Below are positions 22,062 through 30,995 of a stretch of 64,000 bases of DNA, piece after piece. Made by a program: the position numbers and the translations under genes. Position 1 is the stretch's first letter. Each line of letters opens with the position of its first letter. Source of the stretch: Candidatus Nomurabacteria bacterium (lineage in GTDB: Bacteria > Patescibacteriota > Minisyncoccia > Phycocordibacterales > UBA9973); the NCBI GenBank assembly GCA_023267195.1, contig JAHFNT010000004.1:64603-128602 (forward strand). The letters are read 5' to 3'. The notes beneath the pieces were generated by a model. That model was not told where the DNA came from and made no database searches. It saw only the letters and a list, made by a program, of their open reading frames with translations.

Positions 22062-22898
22062 TTAAAACCAAGAAACAAACCAGCGCCAAATCCTTTTTAA
22101 AATATTTACTCTTTCTGGTGGTTGCGGTGATGATTCTGCTTTTATTTCTGGATTTTCAAAAGAAATTACATAATTCACGTATGTTTCAAAACCCCAATTA
22201 AAATTGGAAATTTCGGCATCTTCTTTTTGTTTTTTCAGATTACTGCCTTCAAATAAATGAATAGCTTTGATTGCGCCCTTATCTACTTTATAAGATTCCC
22301 CGGGTGATAAGGTAAACGATTTTCCATCTAATTTAAAATTTACCTCCACATCGCACCTATCTCCCCCGTCGCATTTCAATTCTTCTCCGGGATCTACCAT
22401 TAGTTTACTGTCTTCATAAGAGTAGTCTTGATAGTTGTCATTGATGACGGCAGTTCGCAACTTTCCATCCGGTGAAAATATCCCAGAGAATCTATAACTA
22501 CAAACATGCATAGGTGGGCCATTAATGATGATATCGCCTGCTTTGAGTGAAGTGGCTTTGACGATTTTTTCTGTGAAATTTAATTCATTAAATTTTTTAT
22601 ACAAGGTAAATTCTGATTTGGGTTTTTCAGAAAGTTCAAAATTATTAGCGACATAAGAACCGACAATACCTGCATATTTATCTATACTGTATGTTTGATC
22701 CTCGTTTAAAAAATCAGAAGGGTCAAAAGTGTAAGCCCGGTCTAGTGAAATTTTATAAAAATACTCCTCTTTTTTAATATTATCCACCACACCAATAACA
22801 GGAAAAGCTTCTGCGCACGAAAGCGCTTCCGCTAGATTGCCAAATGGTTCTAAAAATAAAAAAGTTGCGATGATTAGAAAAAATATTTTGTATTGCAT
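22062..22898 (-). CDS. Hypothetical secreted protein
   Basis: Signal peptide (ALSC); C-terminal ILKRIWRWFVSWF. Confidence 0.7.
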   Translation of the reverse strand: MQYKIFFLIIATFLFLEPFGNLAEALSCAEAFPVIGVVDNIKKEEYFYKISLDRAYTFDPSDFLNEDQTYSIDKYAGIVGSYVANNFELSEKPKSEFTLYKKFNELNFTEKIVKATSLKAGDIIINGPPMHVCSYRFSGIFSPDGKLRTAVINDNYQDYSYEDSKLMVDPGEELKCDGGDRCDVEVNFKLDGKSFTLSPGESYKVDKGAIKAIHLFEGSNLKKQKEDAEISNFNWGFETYVNYVISFENPEIKAESSPQPPERVNILKRIWRWFVSWF

Positions 22899-22902
22899 AT
22901 TT

Positions 22903-22992
22903 TGGCGGAGAGAGAGGGATTCGAACCCTCGGTCCTTTTAAGGGGACGACAGTTTAGTAAACTGTTGGTTTAAACCACTCACCCATCTCTCC
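22903..22992 (-). tRNA. tRNA-Ser(ACT), unusual A34 anticodon
   Basis: GGAGAGA/TCTCTCC acceptor, ACAGT-TTACTAA-ACTGT anticodon arm, long variable arm, G73, encoded CCA. Confidence 0.9.
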
Positions 22993-23066
22993 CTATTTGT
23001 TTTTGAGTATAACAGAATCATGGAAAAATACTAATAATATGCTAAAGTAGTTAAGTTATTAAATGA

Positions 23067-23123
23067 AAAAGGAGCCGTGTCAGAGCGGTCTAACGTACCT
23101 CTTTGCTAAAGAGGCAGGGGCTT
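23067..23123 (+). repeat. attL: 57-bp direct repeat, 5' part of tRNA-Ser(GCT)
   Basis: Identical to 35858-35914; lacks T-arm and 3' acceptor strand. Confidence 0.92.
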
Positions 23124-23260
23124 CCTGAACTCTCTAAACTCTTTCAAACTAAGCCTTTTCTTCAAAAAAGAAATCTCACTGGGATACCTCCTCTTAAGAG
23201 GTAACTCATCACTTAAATAAGAAATCTAACAAATACTTAGCAAGCAATAGAAATATTTCT

Positions 23261-24154
23261 ATGGAAATGCGAGCTTTGTGTCAGCAGTTTTATGATTATT
23301 CATTATCAATTCGTGGTTACTCCAAAGACACGATTAAAAGATATAAATTTACATTAGACTTCTATTGTAAGTTTGCAAACATAACCAATATCAACCAAGT
23401 TTCAGTTGAAAATGTTCGTGCGTTATTTTTTAATGGGAGGTCGGAGCGTAATTGGTCGGTCCATACATTTCTTGTTTACCACAGATCGTTATGTGTATTT
23501 TTCCGCTGGTGTATAGGCCAAGGACTAATAACAAAAAATCCCATAAACGAGATAGAGAAACCAAAACTAGAAAAAAGATTACCCTCAAAACTTACAAAAC
23601 AGGACGCCTTTCGTCTGCTTGAAATAGTTTATAACTATCCATGGCAAAACAAATTCTTGCGTTACAGGAATCATGCCATGTTTGCTACTTTTGTCTTTTG
23701 CGGTTTAAGAAAGAATGAATTATTGAAATTAAAATACACTGATGTAGATATTGATAATCTCACAATATTCATTAAACAAGGGAAAGGATCTAAGGACCGA
23801 ATCTTGCCCATGAGCCCAACGCTAGCAATAATCCTTACGAAATATTTAGAAGAGAGGATGAAACACCAAAAAACATGTCCAGAGTTTTTTGCTTCGCTCC
23901 ACAGAAACACAGGATTAACTTACGGAGGTTTAAGAGACATAGCAGTAATGATTCGCAAATCTTCAAAGATAAACTTTACTATTCACAAACTGAGGCATAG
24001 TTTCGCTTGTATGTTACTTCAAAATGGATGCGATATATATTCACTTTCTCGACTCATGGGCCATTCAGATATTTCCACTACTGCCATATATCTTTCAGCT
24101 TCAGCAGACCATTTACGCTTACAGATGGCGAAACATCCACTTAATGACATTTAG
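23261..24154 (+). CDS. Tyrosine recombinase/integrase
   Basis: Catalytic R (GLRKNEL), K (GKGSKDR), HKLRH, LMGH, Y (TTAIY). Confidence 0.95.
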   Translation: MEMRALCQQFYDYSLSIRGYSKDTIKRYKFTLDFYCKFANITNINQVSVENVRALFFNGRSERNWSVHTFLVYHRSLCVFFRWCIGQGLITKNPINEIEKPKLEKRLPSKLTKQDAFRLLEIVYNYPWQNKFLRYRNHAMFATFVFCGLRKNELLKLKYTDVDIDNLTIFIKQGKGSKDRILPMSPTLAIILTKYLEERMKHQKTCPEFFASLHRNTGLTYGGLRDIAVMIRKSSKINFTIHKLRHSFACMLLQNGCDIYSLSRLMGHSDISTTAIYLSASADHLRLQMAKHPLNDI

Positions 24155-24160
24155 TGAACC

Positions 24161-24266
24161 GCTTGGCTTTGCCCTAGCAAATCACTATCTACCAAGCAAC
24201 TATCATATCTTATTTACTCGCTTGGTGCTTGGTAATCACTTATAGTGATTACCAAGCCTAACAAGC
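24161..24266. repeat. Cluster of GCTTGG/CCAAGC motifs with a perfect 14-bp inverted repeat
   Basis: gcttggtaatcact-tat-agtgattaccaagc at 24227-24257; further motifs at 24161, 24192, 24220. Confidence 0.7.
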
Positions 24267-24280
24267 AAGAAGATTCTCGT

Positions 24281-25363
24281 TTAAAAACCATCTTTAAATT
24301 CAGGGGGCAAAGGCAACGGGAGAAAGAAGAATTTTTCATTGTGAGTTGTTCCGTCTGATATCACAGAAAGTCCTTCTGCTTGTACCTTATCCCAAGTCTT
24401 TGATTTAATTGATTTTACTTCCTCCATTTCTTTTAGGACTTTTCTTAAAGTATGTTCCCCAATAATATCAGCAGATATAAAACCTTTGATGTTGATTCCT
24501 TTACCTCCTTGGTCCTCCAGTAGTTTAATTATCTTTTCAACTACTTTGCTATGTGAATTTTGATTATACTCACCCTCGTAAATAAATGGACTACCCTCAC
24601 CTTTGAGGTTAATAAGAAGACGGAAAGGTTCCATTTTCTTTGCTCCTTTTAATTTTGCTTGTCTGATTATAAGGTATTCTTGTCCATCTTCTTTTTTTGG
24701 TTCTAAACTAAGATGGCCATGTACCGCAGCGTTAATTGCTGTACTTCCACGACTGTCTTCACTATCGCTATTATTATTTTTGAACATATTTTTTTTGCGA
24801 TTGTGATGAGTAAATAGTACGGCTATTCCTGAATTTGTTATTTTCTTTATTTGATCCATTATCTTTTGCATTTCTGTGGCACTGTTTTCTTCTGCATCGT
24901 GGACACTTCTAAGAGAATCTAGAATAATAAAACCGACACCTTTGCCTTTTGCTATAGAGATAATTTGATCTACTGTGCCGTTATCTAATTTTATCTGATT
25001 TTGTATAGAAAAATATATTGATGTTTCGGGCCATTTATTACTTAAGGTATTCATTCTGTCTTTTATTTCAGCTTCAATATCTTCTTCGTTGATAATCCAA
25101 ACTTTTAGTGGTTCACTTACTTCAAAGAAGCCAAATAGAGGTGACCCAATGGCTATCGATATTGCTATGTCTAATGTTAACCAACTTTTATAGTTATTTG
25201 GAGCGGCACTTAGCATGTTCATTGTGTCACTCTGAAATAGTTTATCTATAATCCATTTTGGCTTGATAATCTTTTTCTCACTTAGTTCTTTTGCTGTTAG
25301 TATATTTATGATGTTTTTAGGATGTTCTTGTTGTATTATTTTTGGTTGTTCTAATAAATTCAT
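24281..25363 (-). CDS. RepA-like SF4 helicase (AAA_25)
   Basis: Variant Walker A AAPNNYKS, IILDSL, FTHHNRK, SRGSTAI. Confidence 0.85.
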   Translation of the reverse strand: MNLLEQPKIIQQEHPKNIINILTAKELSEKKIIKPKWIIDKLFQSDTMNMLSAAPNNYKSWLTLDIAISIAIGSPLFGFFEVSEPLKVWIINEEDIEAEIKDRMNTLSNKWPETSIYFSIQNQIKLDNGTVDQIISIAKGKGVGFIILDSLRSVHDAEENSATEMQKIMDQIKKITNSGIAVLFTHHNRKKNMFKNNNSDSEDSRGSTAINAAVHGHLSLEPKKEDGQEYLIIRQAKLKGAKKMEPFRLLINLKGEGSPFIYEGEYNQNSHSKVVEKIIKLLEDQGGKGINIKGFISADIIGEHTLRKVLKEMEEVKSIKSKTWDKVQAEGLSVISDGTTHNEKFFFLPLPLPPEFKDGF

Positions 25364-25372
25364 ATAGTTACA

Positions 25373-25765
25373 TTAATAATAATTTTGAGGCCATTTGTCA
25401 TCAGAAAGTTCTGGATATTTCCTGCACATGGTCCCGTTTTCTTCCTTTTCATTGCCTAACGTTCTATATCTGTGTTCTTCCTTACACTTATCACAGATAT
25501 GTCTAACTTCCTCCGTTTGCTTCATTGTGTCGTTTACTTGTAAACAATTGATATGGTTATAGCAAAATTTGTTTTTGCATTCCCAACATTTTGCTAATGG
25601 ATTTTCATATCTTCTTGCTTTATTGCATTTGAAACACCTTGGACGATAGTGTTTAAATGCCTGTTTTGGCTCAAACGGTACACGTTTTTTTAATGGCACC
25701 GTAGTCGTTTGGATATCAGATACCTTTGTGGGTAAATCTGATACAATTTTTGTGGTTATTTTCAT
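25373..25765 (-). CDS. Cys/His-rich zinc-finger protein
   Basis: CFKC...CWECKNKFCYNH...CDKC. Confidence 0.65.
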   Translation of the reverse strand: MKITTKIVSDLPTKVSDIQTTTVPLKKRVPFEPKQAFKHYRPRCFKCNKARRYENPLAKCWECKNKFCYNHINCLQVNDTMKQTEEVRHICDKCKEEHRYRTLGNEKEENGTMCRKYPELSDDKWPQNYY

Positions 25766-26202
25766 ATAACTTTAAATTAGTTTATTAAGCTGGGGCCAGA
25801 GATGAGTTCCTAAAAATAAGATAGTTTCGACTCCATATTATTTTGGGAACAAGACGCACGAAAAGAGGCATTCTTGAGGTGCCTTTCGCTTTTTACCGAT
25901 GAATTTGAGGGTAAAGCCCAGTATTTTATTATTAGATGATATAAAACCCTTATTAAATGATATCTACGGCCAGGGTTTTCTGATGTATGAATATTATAAT
26001 CTGTAGCTCCAATTTAGAGCGATATATTTTGTGGATAACCTTTTCAAAATAGAAAACCCCAGGTCCATCTAATGGCCTTTTCGGAAATTACCGTAATGAT
26101 GGGATCTAATGCCTTTACAGAAATCTCTATAATCTATACAGCGTTCCATAGCTGCGTAGAATAGAGCTAGACAGAGTAGAAATAGAGCGTAGGGGGACGA
26201 GG

Positions 26203-26487
26203 TTAAAAGTAGGCTAAAAAGCCAAGAACTATCATCTTAAAGTAGGCAATGGAAACAATAGTCACAACAACAGCCAAAAAGCCATAAATGTTCACAGGGA
26301 AGAACTTAAATAACTTCCTTGTCTCAATTGGCGCTTTCTTTAAGGACCATATGCTAGTAAAAACAGAGCACAACAATAAAAGTGAAACGAAGATTATCAT
26401 TGACCTAAGTGAGCTAAAGAAAAGTAAAAAATTGGCCAAAACAAAAAATGTGACTGAGTATAGTAAATATTTCTTTTGATGATTCAT
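26203..26487 (-). CDS. Small membrane protein
   Basis: Three hydrophobic segments. Confidence 0.6.
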   Translation of the reverse strand: MNHQKKYLLYSVTFFVLANFLLFFSSLRSMIIFVSLLLLCSVFTSIWSLKKAPIETRKLFKFFPVNIYGFLAVVVTIVSIAYFKMIVLGFLAYF

Positions 26488-26496
26488 ATGTTTATG

Positions 26497-26850
26497 TTAA
26501 TTATTGTCAATAATCGTATCTCGGATTAATTGCATTGTCGCAGGATCTGCTTTACCATTCTTTGCTTCGTTATATCTCTCAATTGCCTTAGTGCAATTAT
26601 TTTCTAAATAAAAAGCAAAACGAGCTTTGGCCATTTCAGCCAGCGATGATCCAGGATTCTTATCATAAAAATTATTTATCCATTTTTCCATAGAATCCGT
26701 TTTTGCTTGAAATCCCGCGTCAGTTTCTGGAAAATCTTCGGGGCAAGTTTGATGCGCTTGTGGTTCTCGTGTCATATAATAAAAATAAGCAACAGCAAGA
26801 ACAGCTATGATAAATATTGGAATATAGATTTTTCTTTTAATTTTTACCAT
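26497..26850 (-). CDS. Hypothetical membrane-anchored protein
   Basis: N-terminal TM helix, two Cys. Confidence 0.65.
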   Translation of the reverse strand: MVKIKRKIYIPIFIIAVLAVAYFYYMTREPQAHQTCPEDFPETDAGFQAKTDSMEKWINNFYDKNPGSSLAEMAKARFAFYLENNCTKAIERYNEAKNGKADPATMQLIRDTIIDNN

Positions 26851-27023
26851 TCCCTTATTTCTTGTGATCTTGGCTCTCCATATCTGTCATTGAATTCTTT
26901 ATCTGTCATTCCATTTATTTCTGAACTTCTATATCCCGAACTCCATATCCATCGACCTATAAGAATTACCACTATAGCAATAAAAATATAGAGGAACATT
27001 TTATTTTTTGATTCTTTTTCCAT
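26844..27023 (-). CDS. Small single-TM protein, 59 aa (not in ORF track)
   Basis: MEKESKNKMFLYIFIAIVVILIGRWIW...EIREW*; fills the operon gap and overlaps the next start codon. Confidence 0.6.
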   Translation of the reverse strand: MEKESKNKMFLYIFIAIVVILIGRWIWSSGYRSSEINGMTDKEFNDRYGEPRSQEIREW

Positions 27024-27035
27024 GATTTTTTAATA

Positions 27036-27707
27036 TTAAAAGCTAAACCATCCTTTTAATCTGGTCCAAAAGCTTTTTGGTTTTTCTTCTGTCGTAGCAG
27101 GAATTTTAATATTTTGATTGGTAATAGTGGGAGTGCTTTCTTTAACTTCTAGTACCTTTTTAACTACAGGAGTTTTTGTTTTTGTTTCTGTCTTTGAAAT
27201 AGGTACAGTGCCACTTCCACCACCACTTGGGAGTTGGTAACTTGTTTCTGTGGGTTTTGAGTTATTTATTTGTACTGGTTGAGGAACAATACACTCAGTT
27301 TTATTTGTATTCCACTCGTAACCACTCTTGCAGTCGCAAATTATGCTTCCTCCACCAATATATAGTCCATTCCATACACTATTTGCCCCATATTTATTAG
27401 GACAGGCTTGATTATTTGTTAAAGACTGTTGTTGAAACTTTTGGTTGTATTGTTGATTTCGTTGTAATTCCAACTGCTGGCGTTGGATATCTAATAGTTG
27501 TTGCTGATATTGCTGTCGTTGCTGTAATAATTTTTGTTGATTTTGTTGTTGTATAAGAGCGTCAAGTCTATCACCAGGTTGGGGAGCAATTTGTATATAT
27601 AAAGGGTTAAGCGATCCACCTGGATAAATTGTTCCATAAGCGTTAACGCTAAAAACAGGCAATGAAAAAATTACTGAAACTAATACAAAAATTATTTTGT
27701 TTTTCAT
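27036..27707 (-). CDS. Secreted Gln-rich protein with a Cys-rich module
   Basis: Start MKNKIIF signal peptide, Q-rich tract, CPNKYG...CDCKSGYEWN...C, C-terminal SFWTRLKGWFSF. Confidence 0.7.
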   Translation of the reverse strand: MKNKIIFVLVSVIFSLPVFSVNAYGTIYPGGSLNPLYIQIAPQPGDRLDALIQQQNQQKLLQQRQQYQQQLLDIQRQQLELQRNQQYNQKFQQQSLTNNQACPNKYGANSVWNGLYIGGGSIICDCKSGYEWNTNKTECIVPQPVQINNSKPTETSYQLPSGGGSGTVPISKTETKTKTPVVKKVLEVKESTPTITNQNIKIPATTEEKPKSFWTRLKGWFSF

Positions 27708-27742
27708 ATTTCGCGTAGGTTTTAATTGATAATAGCGAGAAC

Positions 27743-27839
27743 AAAAAAGGTCTCGCGACACAGACGGCAATTCCTTTCGAAATTGTCACTAGGCTATTTC
27801 TAGCCTAGACCTACGCGAATAGTGTCTGGTCACGAGACC
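27743..27839 (-). ncRNA. C4/CI-like cloverleaf antisense RNA
   Basis: Closing stem 27749-27765/27824-27839, GAAA-capped 8-bp hairpin, unpaired segment complementary to sites 27845-27856 and 27710-27720, U6 tail. Confidence 0.6.
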
Positions 27840-27843
27840 ATCT

Positions 27844-27903
27844 TTATTCGCGTAGGCTTTCATATTTGCACCATGCCATTTCTGGTTTAGGTGTTGTATT
27901 CAT
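27844..27903 (-). CDS. Putative 19-aa leader peptide MNTTPKPEMAWCKYESLRE
   Basis: GGAGG 6 nt upstream of ATG; stop codon overlaps the upstream antisense target site. Confidence 0.45.
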   Translation of the reverse strand: MNTTPKPEMAWCKYESLRE

Positions 27904-28250
27904 ATAATACCTCCATTTAACTAATATCACAAATGCAAAATGTACCTAATTTCAAAGCTATTTTCTGAATTTTCTGGGCGATATTTTTTCATAGGCTTGT
28001 TTTCACAAAACCAAATTATTCCAAACAACCCCTATGACCTTTTTCAGTTTTGGGTTCCAGGACAGGCGTGGGTATGTTAACCCCATACGGGTAATTGTAA
28101 GGAATTATTGATTCAAGCCACTGCCCCCATGCCTTATTTTAAATATAGTTATTAGCTCATCAAAACTAAGCTAGTGAGATTAGGTCGAATATATAAGTCT
28201 CAAGATACGAGTTAGTCTCTCGTACAAATTAAATCTATTAAATTAACAAT

Positions 28251-28577
28251 ATGAAAGCATTAAGTATAAAAGAAATATTAGAGGATGATTCTATTACTTC
28301 TAATTATCAAGGTAGTGAAAAAACCAAAGAGATGGTGGAAGAACAGATCAGAAAAATATATGGAGATAGCGAAGTAAAGAATTACAACCCATATAAAAAT
28401 GCTCTGACTTTCGCTTCATGGATCCGTCTAGGTTATAGACCAAAGAAAGGCAGTAAGGCGCTAAAAAGTATCACTTATGTCGAAAAGAAAGATGCTCAAG
28501 GAAATGTAATTGAAAAATATCCACGCAAAATAAATCTATTTTATTATCGTGCAGTGGAACCAATAAAAGCTAATTAA
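28251..28577 (+). CDS. ArdC-like N-terminal (ssDNA-binding/antirestriction) protein
   Basis: LTFASWIRLGYRPKKGSKAL resembles the ArdC T[FY]xxWxxxGxxVKKGEK motif. Confidence 0.6.
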   Translation: MKALSIKEILEDDSITSNYQGSEKTKEMVEEQIRKIYGDSEVKNYNPYKNALTFASWIRLGYRPKKGSKALKSITYVEKKDAQGNVIEKYPRKINLFYYRAVEPIKAN

Positions 28578-28583
28578 AAAATC

Positions 28584-29231
28584 ATGAATAATACAACATA
28601 CAAACCAAGACCAGTCTTATCTCCGATCCAGCCCAAAATCAAGCCAGTGACAAATACTAAAAATGACAGACACCCGATTTACGAAGAGATTAGTAGACTT
28701 TGCCATAGCACCAACTACAATATTAACGTCAGTTTTGAAGAAGATGTCGAGGCATTGGACTCCTTTTCGATACCTGGCTTAGTTGCGGTGAAATGCACTC
28801 TGCGAACACACGGCCAAATAATTGCTTTTGGTCGGTCTTGCTCGGTTTTGGGCAAAATGAATCGTTATGTCGATAGGGTTATTTCTGGTTTAATCGGTGG
28901 AAGTTTTTTATCTGCAGCCAATAACGCAATGAAGGTCCTTGAAACTTTGCGAATGTCGGAAGCAGAAGAAAATATTAGTAGCTTAAATAAAAACAGTATG
29001 AACACACAAACAGCAGTAGCAGATTTTGATGGTTCTAGGCGAGGTTATTACTTTGGTGAAGATTCTGTAGAGGAACCAGAAATGACAAGTAAGCAAAGAG
29101 ATTTCTTAAATCAGCTAATTCTCAACATTGATAACCCAGACACTAGGGAAGAATACTTATCTCAAGTTAATGGTGGATTGTCTCGTGCGGATGCCAGCGA
29201 ACTAATCTCAAGTTTATTACCAATGAAATAG
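28584..29231 (+). CDS. Hypothetical protein of the element
   Basis: 215-aa ORF; C-terminal MTSKQRDFL...LSRADASELIS helical module. Confidence 0.65.
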   Translation: MNNTTYKPRPVLSPIQPKIKPVTNTKNDRHPIYEEISRLCHSTNYNINVSFEEDVEALDSFSIPGLVAVKCTLRTHGQIIAFGRSCSVLGKMNRYVDRVISGLIGGSFLSAANNAMKVLETLRMSEAEENISSLNKNSMNTQTAVADFDGSRRGYYFGEDSVEEPEMTSKQRDFLNQLILNIDNPDTREEYLSQVNGGLSRADASELISSLLPMK

Positions 29232-29240
29232 GCAGTAATT

Positions 29241-29276
29241 AAGCAGTTTATGCACAGTAAAGTGGTAAACTGCTTT
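29241..29276. terminator. Hairpin terminator between convergent genes
   Basis: aagcagttta...taaactgctttt. Confidence 0.55.
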
Positions 29277-29290
29277 TTTATTTTAGCTGC

Positions 29291-30991
29291 TTAAAAAATA
29301 TTTGGCAATTTCTTCAATTCACTAAGTAATTCAACGATTGATATTGTATGATGGGGAATCTTTTCTTTTGTAGCGATATGCTTAAACATACCCTCAAGCC
29401 TAGGTTGAATACTGGGAGCAGAAAATATTCCTTCTATAAAATAAGTCTCTCCTATTTTTTTCTGAAGATTCATTATGTGATCGTGAACTGAAGCACCTTC
29501 TGCAGACCACTGCATGGCATTGGCCCTAATAGTTGTTAATTCAAGCACATATGCCTTTTTCTTAATAAAGAAATAAATATCTGGATATCCCTCTTTACCA
29601 CCCAGGGCTGGGTACATTATGCCGAATTCGTCAACCCGTCCATTCCAAATTACATCATCTATTAATCCAAGGTCCTTATACTTTTTTAGTAGTTGAAAAA
29701 ATAAATACTCTAGACGTCCACCTCTAAGCTGTCCTGGATTAAAGTTTGTTTTACCTGTTATCAACCCTACCATATTTATATGATGTGCATATTCAGTGTC
29801 ATAATCATGGCTGTTAATATGATTTAAAATCTTTTCTTCTATTACCTCTTGAGTATCTTCTTTGTATATATTTTGTGGGATGTCTTTTAGAAGAAAATCT
29901 ATTTTGTCAGATTTAATTTGTTTTTGTTCTGAATGGAATAATTCTGCCTTAGTGAAATTAAAGAAATCAAATCGACAGTTTTCTCCTTCAAAAAGAGCTG
30001 TACTGAAATTAGAGGATGCAGAAACCACCCCTGAACTTATTTCTTTATTATCTTTGTTATATATACGTATAAAAGATTTTTCTAATAAGTTAGTAGATAT
30101 ATTTACTAGTAATGGTGGTTTAGTTCTTTTAAAGTCTCCAAAGTAATCAATCCAAAGCATTAAATTATCTCCGAAATCGAATGGTTTTATATCTTTATAT
30201 TTTTCTAAAATAGAGTGGACTTCAGTAATTTTTTCTTCTTTTATATATAAATTATTATTCTTTCGTTCACATAATCCTGTTGCGACACAAAGACCAATAT
30301 AGTAACCAGCAGTTGGGGCTTGTACTAATGTTAGGTTGCCAATTTCTGTATTTTTAAATGCTTCTATCTCAGCACTTCTTCTTTCTTCTGGAAGATGTCT
30401 AAAGGTCTTTATTTTCTCTACAATTAAATTGTATTCATCCTCTTTCTTCATTGAAAAAACTATATAACCTAACTCTTCTTTAGAAATAAAGGTTAGGTCC
30501 AGTAGAAGTTTTAATGTAATACGAAATGGAAACAAGAGAATATTAAGGCAGTCTTCTCTTATAACAGGATTAGTAATTTGTAATTTACTCATTTGACGTT
30601 CAACTATGGTAGATTCCAGAACTTCTTGGCCGTTTGCTGACACAACATTCAGATTTTTACCTAATCCAAGCACTGAACCATGCTTTTTTATTAGTTCAAA
30701 ACCAGCGTTAGTGACATTAATTGTTGAAGGAGTTGTTGTATTATCAATCACAATAAAACCCAAATATTTAATCAGCGCTTCAAGAGTTCTTCTTGCTGAG
30801 GGGGATAAAGGTTTTCCTCTCTCAGTTAGGCCGTATCTTCCTAAAAGGGTATTAAAGTTTTCTTGCTTCATCGAGTTCCAAGATTTTCCGTTAAAATTAT
30901 CAGTAGATAAAATTTCGACAGCACCAATTATCTGATGTATATTTTGTCGTTTTGGAATATGCCAAATTTCTAAACTTCTTGTTCTTGTCAT
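29291..30991 (-). CDS. Type IIS restriction endonuclease, AlwI-family-like
   Basis: C-terminal LEY...GYPDI...LELTT...QWSAEGASVHDH nuclease; downstream of two MTases. Confidence 0.75.
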   Translation of the reverse strand: MTRTRSLEIWHIPKRQNIHQIIGAVEILSTDNFNGKSWNSMKQENFNTLLGRYGLTERGKPLSPSARRTLEALIKYLGFIVIDNTTTPSTINVTNAGFELIKKHGSVLGLGKNLNVVSANGQEVLESTIVERQMSKLQITNPVIREDCLNILLFPFRITLKLLLDLTFISKEELGYIVFSMKKEDEYNLIVEKIKTFRHLPEERRSAEIEAFKNTEIGNLTLVQAPTAGYYIGLCVATGLCERKNNNLYIKEEKITEVHSILEKYKDIKPFDFGDNLMLWIDYFGDFKRTKPPLLVNISTNLLEKSFIRIYNKDNKEISSGVVSASSNFSTALFEGENCRFDFFNFTKAELFHSEQKQIKSDKIDFLLKDIPQNIYKEDTQEVIEEKILNHINSHDYDTEYAHHINMVGLITGKTNFNPGQLRGGRLEYLFFQLLKKYKDLGLIDDVIWNGRVDEFGIMYPALGGKEGYPDIYFFIKKKAYVLELTTIRANAMQWSAEGASVHDHIMNLQKKIGETYFIEGIFSAPSIQPRLEGMFKHIATKEKIPHHTISIVELLSELKKLPNIF

Positions 30992-30995
30992 AAAA

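Noticed and set aside
23071-23123. Second tRNA-Ser(GCT) gene
   Set aside because: Lacks the T-arm and 3' acceptor strand; it is attL.
27708-27770. N-terminal extension of ORF 27036..27770
   Set aside because: Overlaps the RNA cloverleaf and U-tract; the signal peptide begins at ATG 27707.
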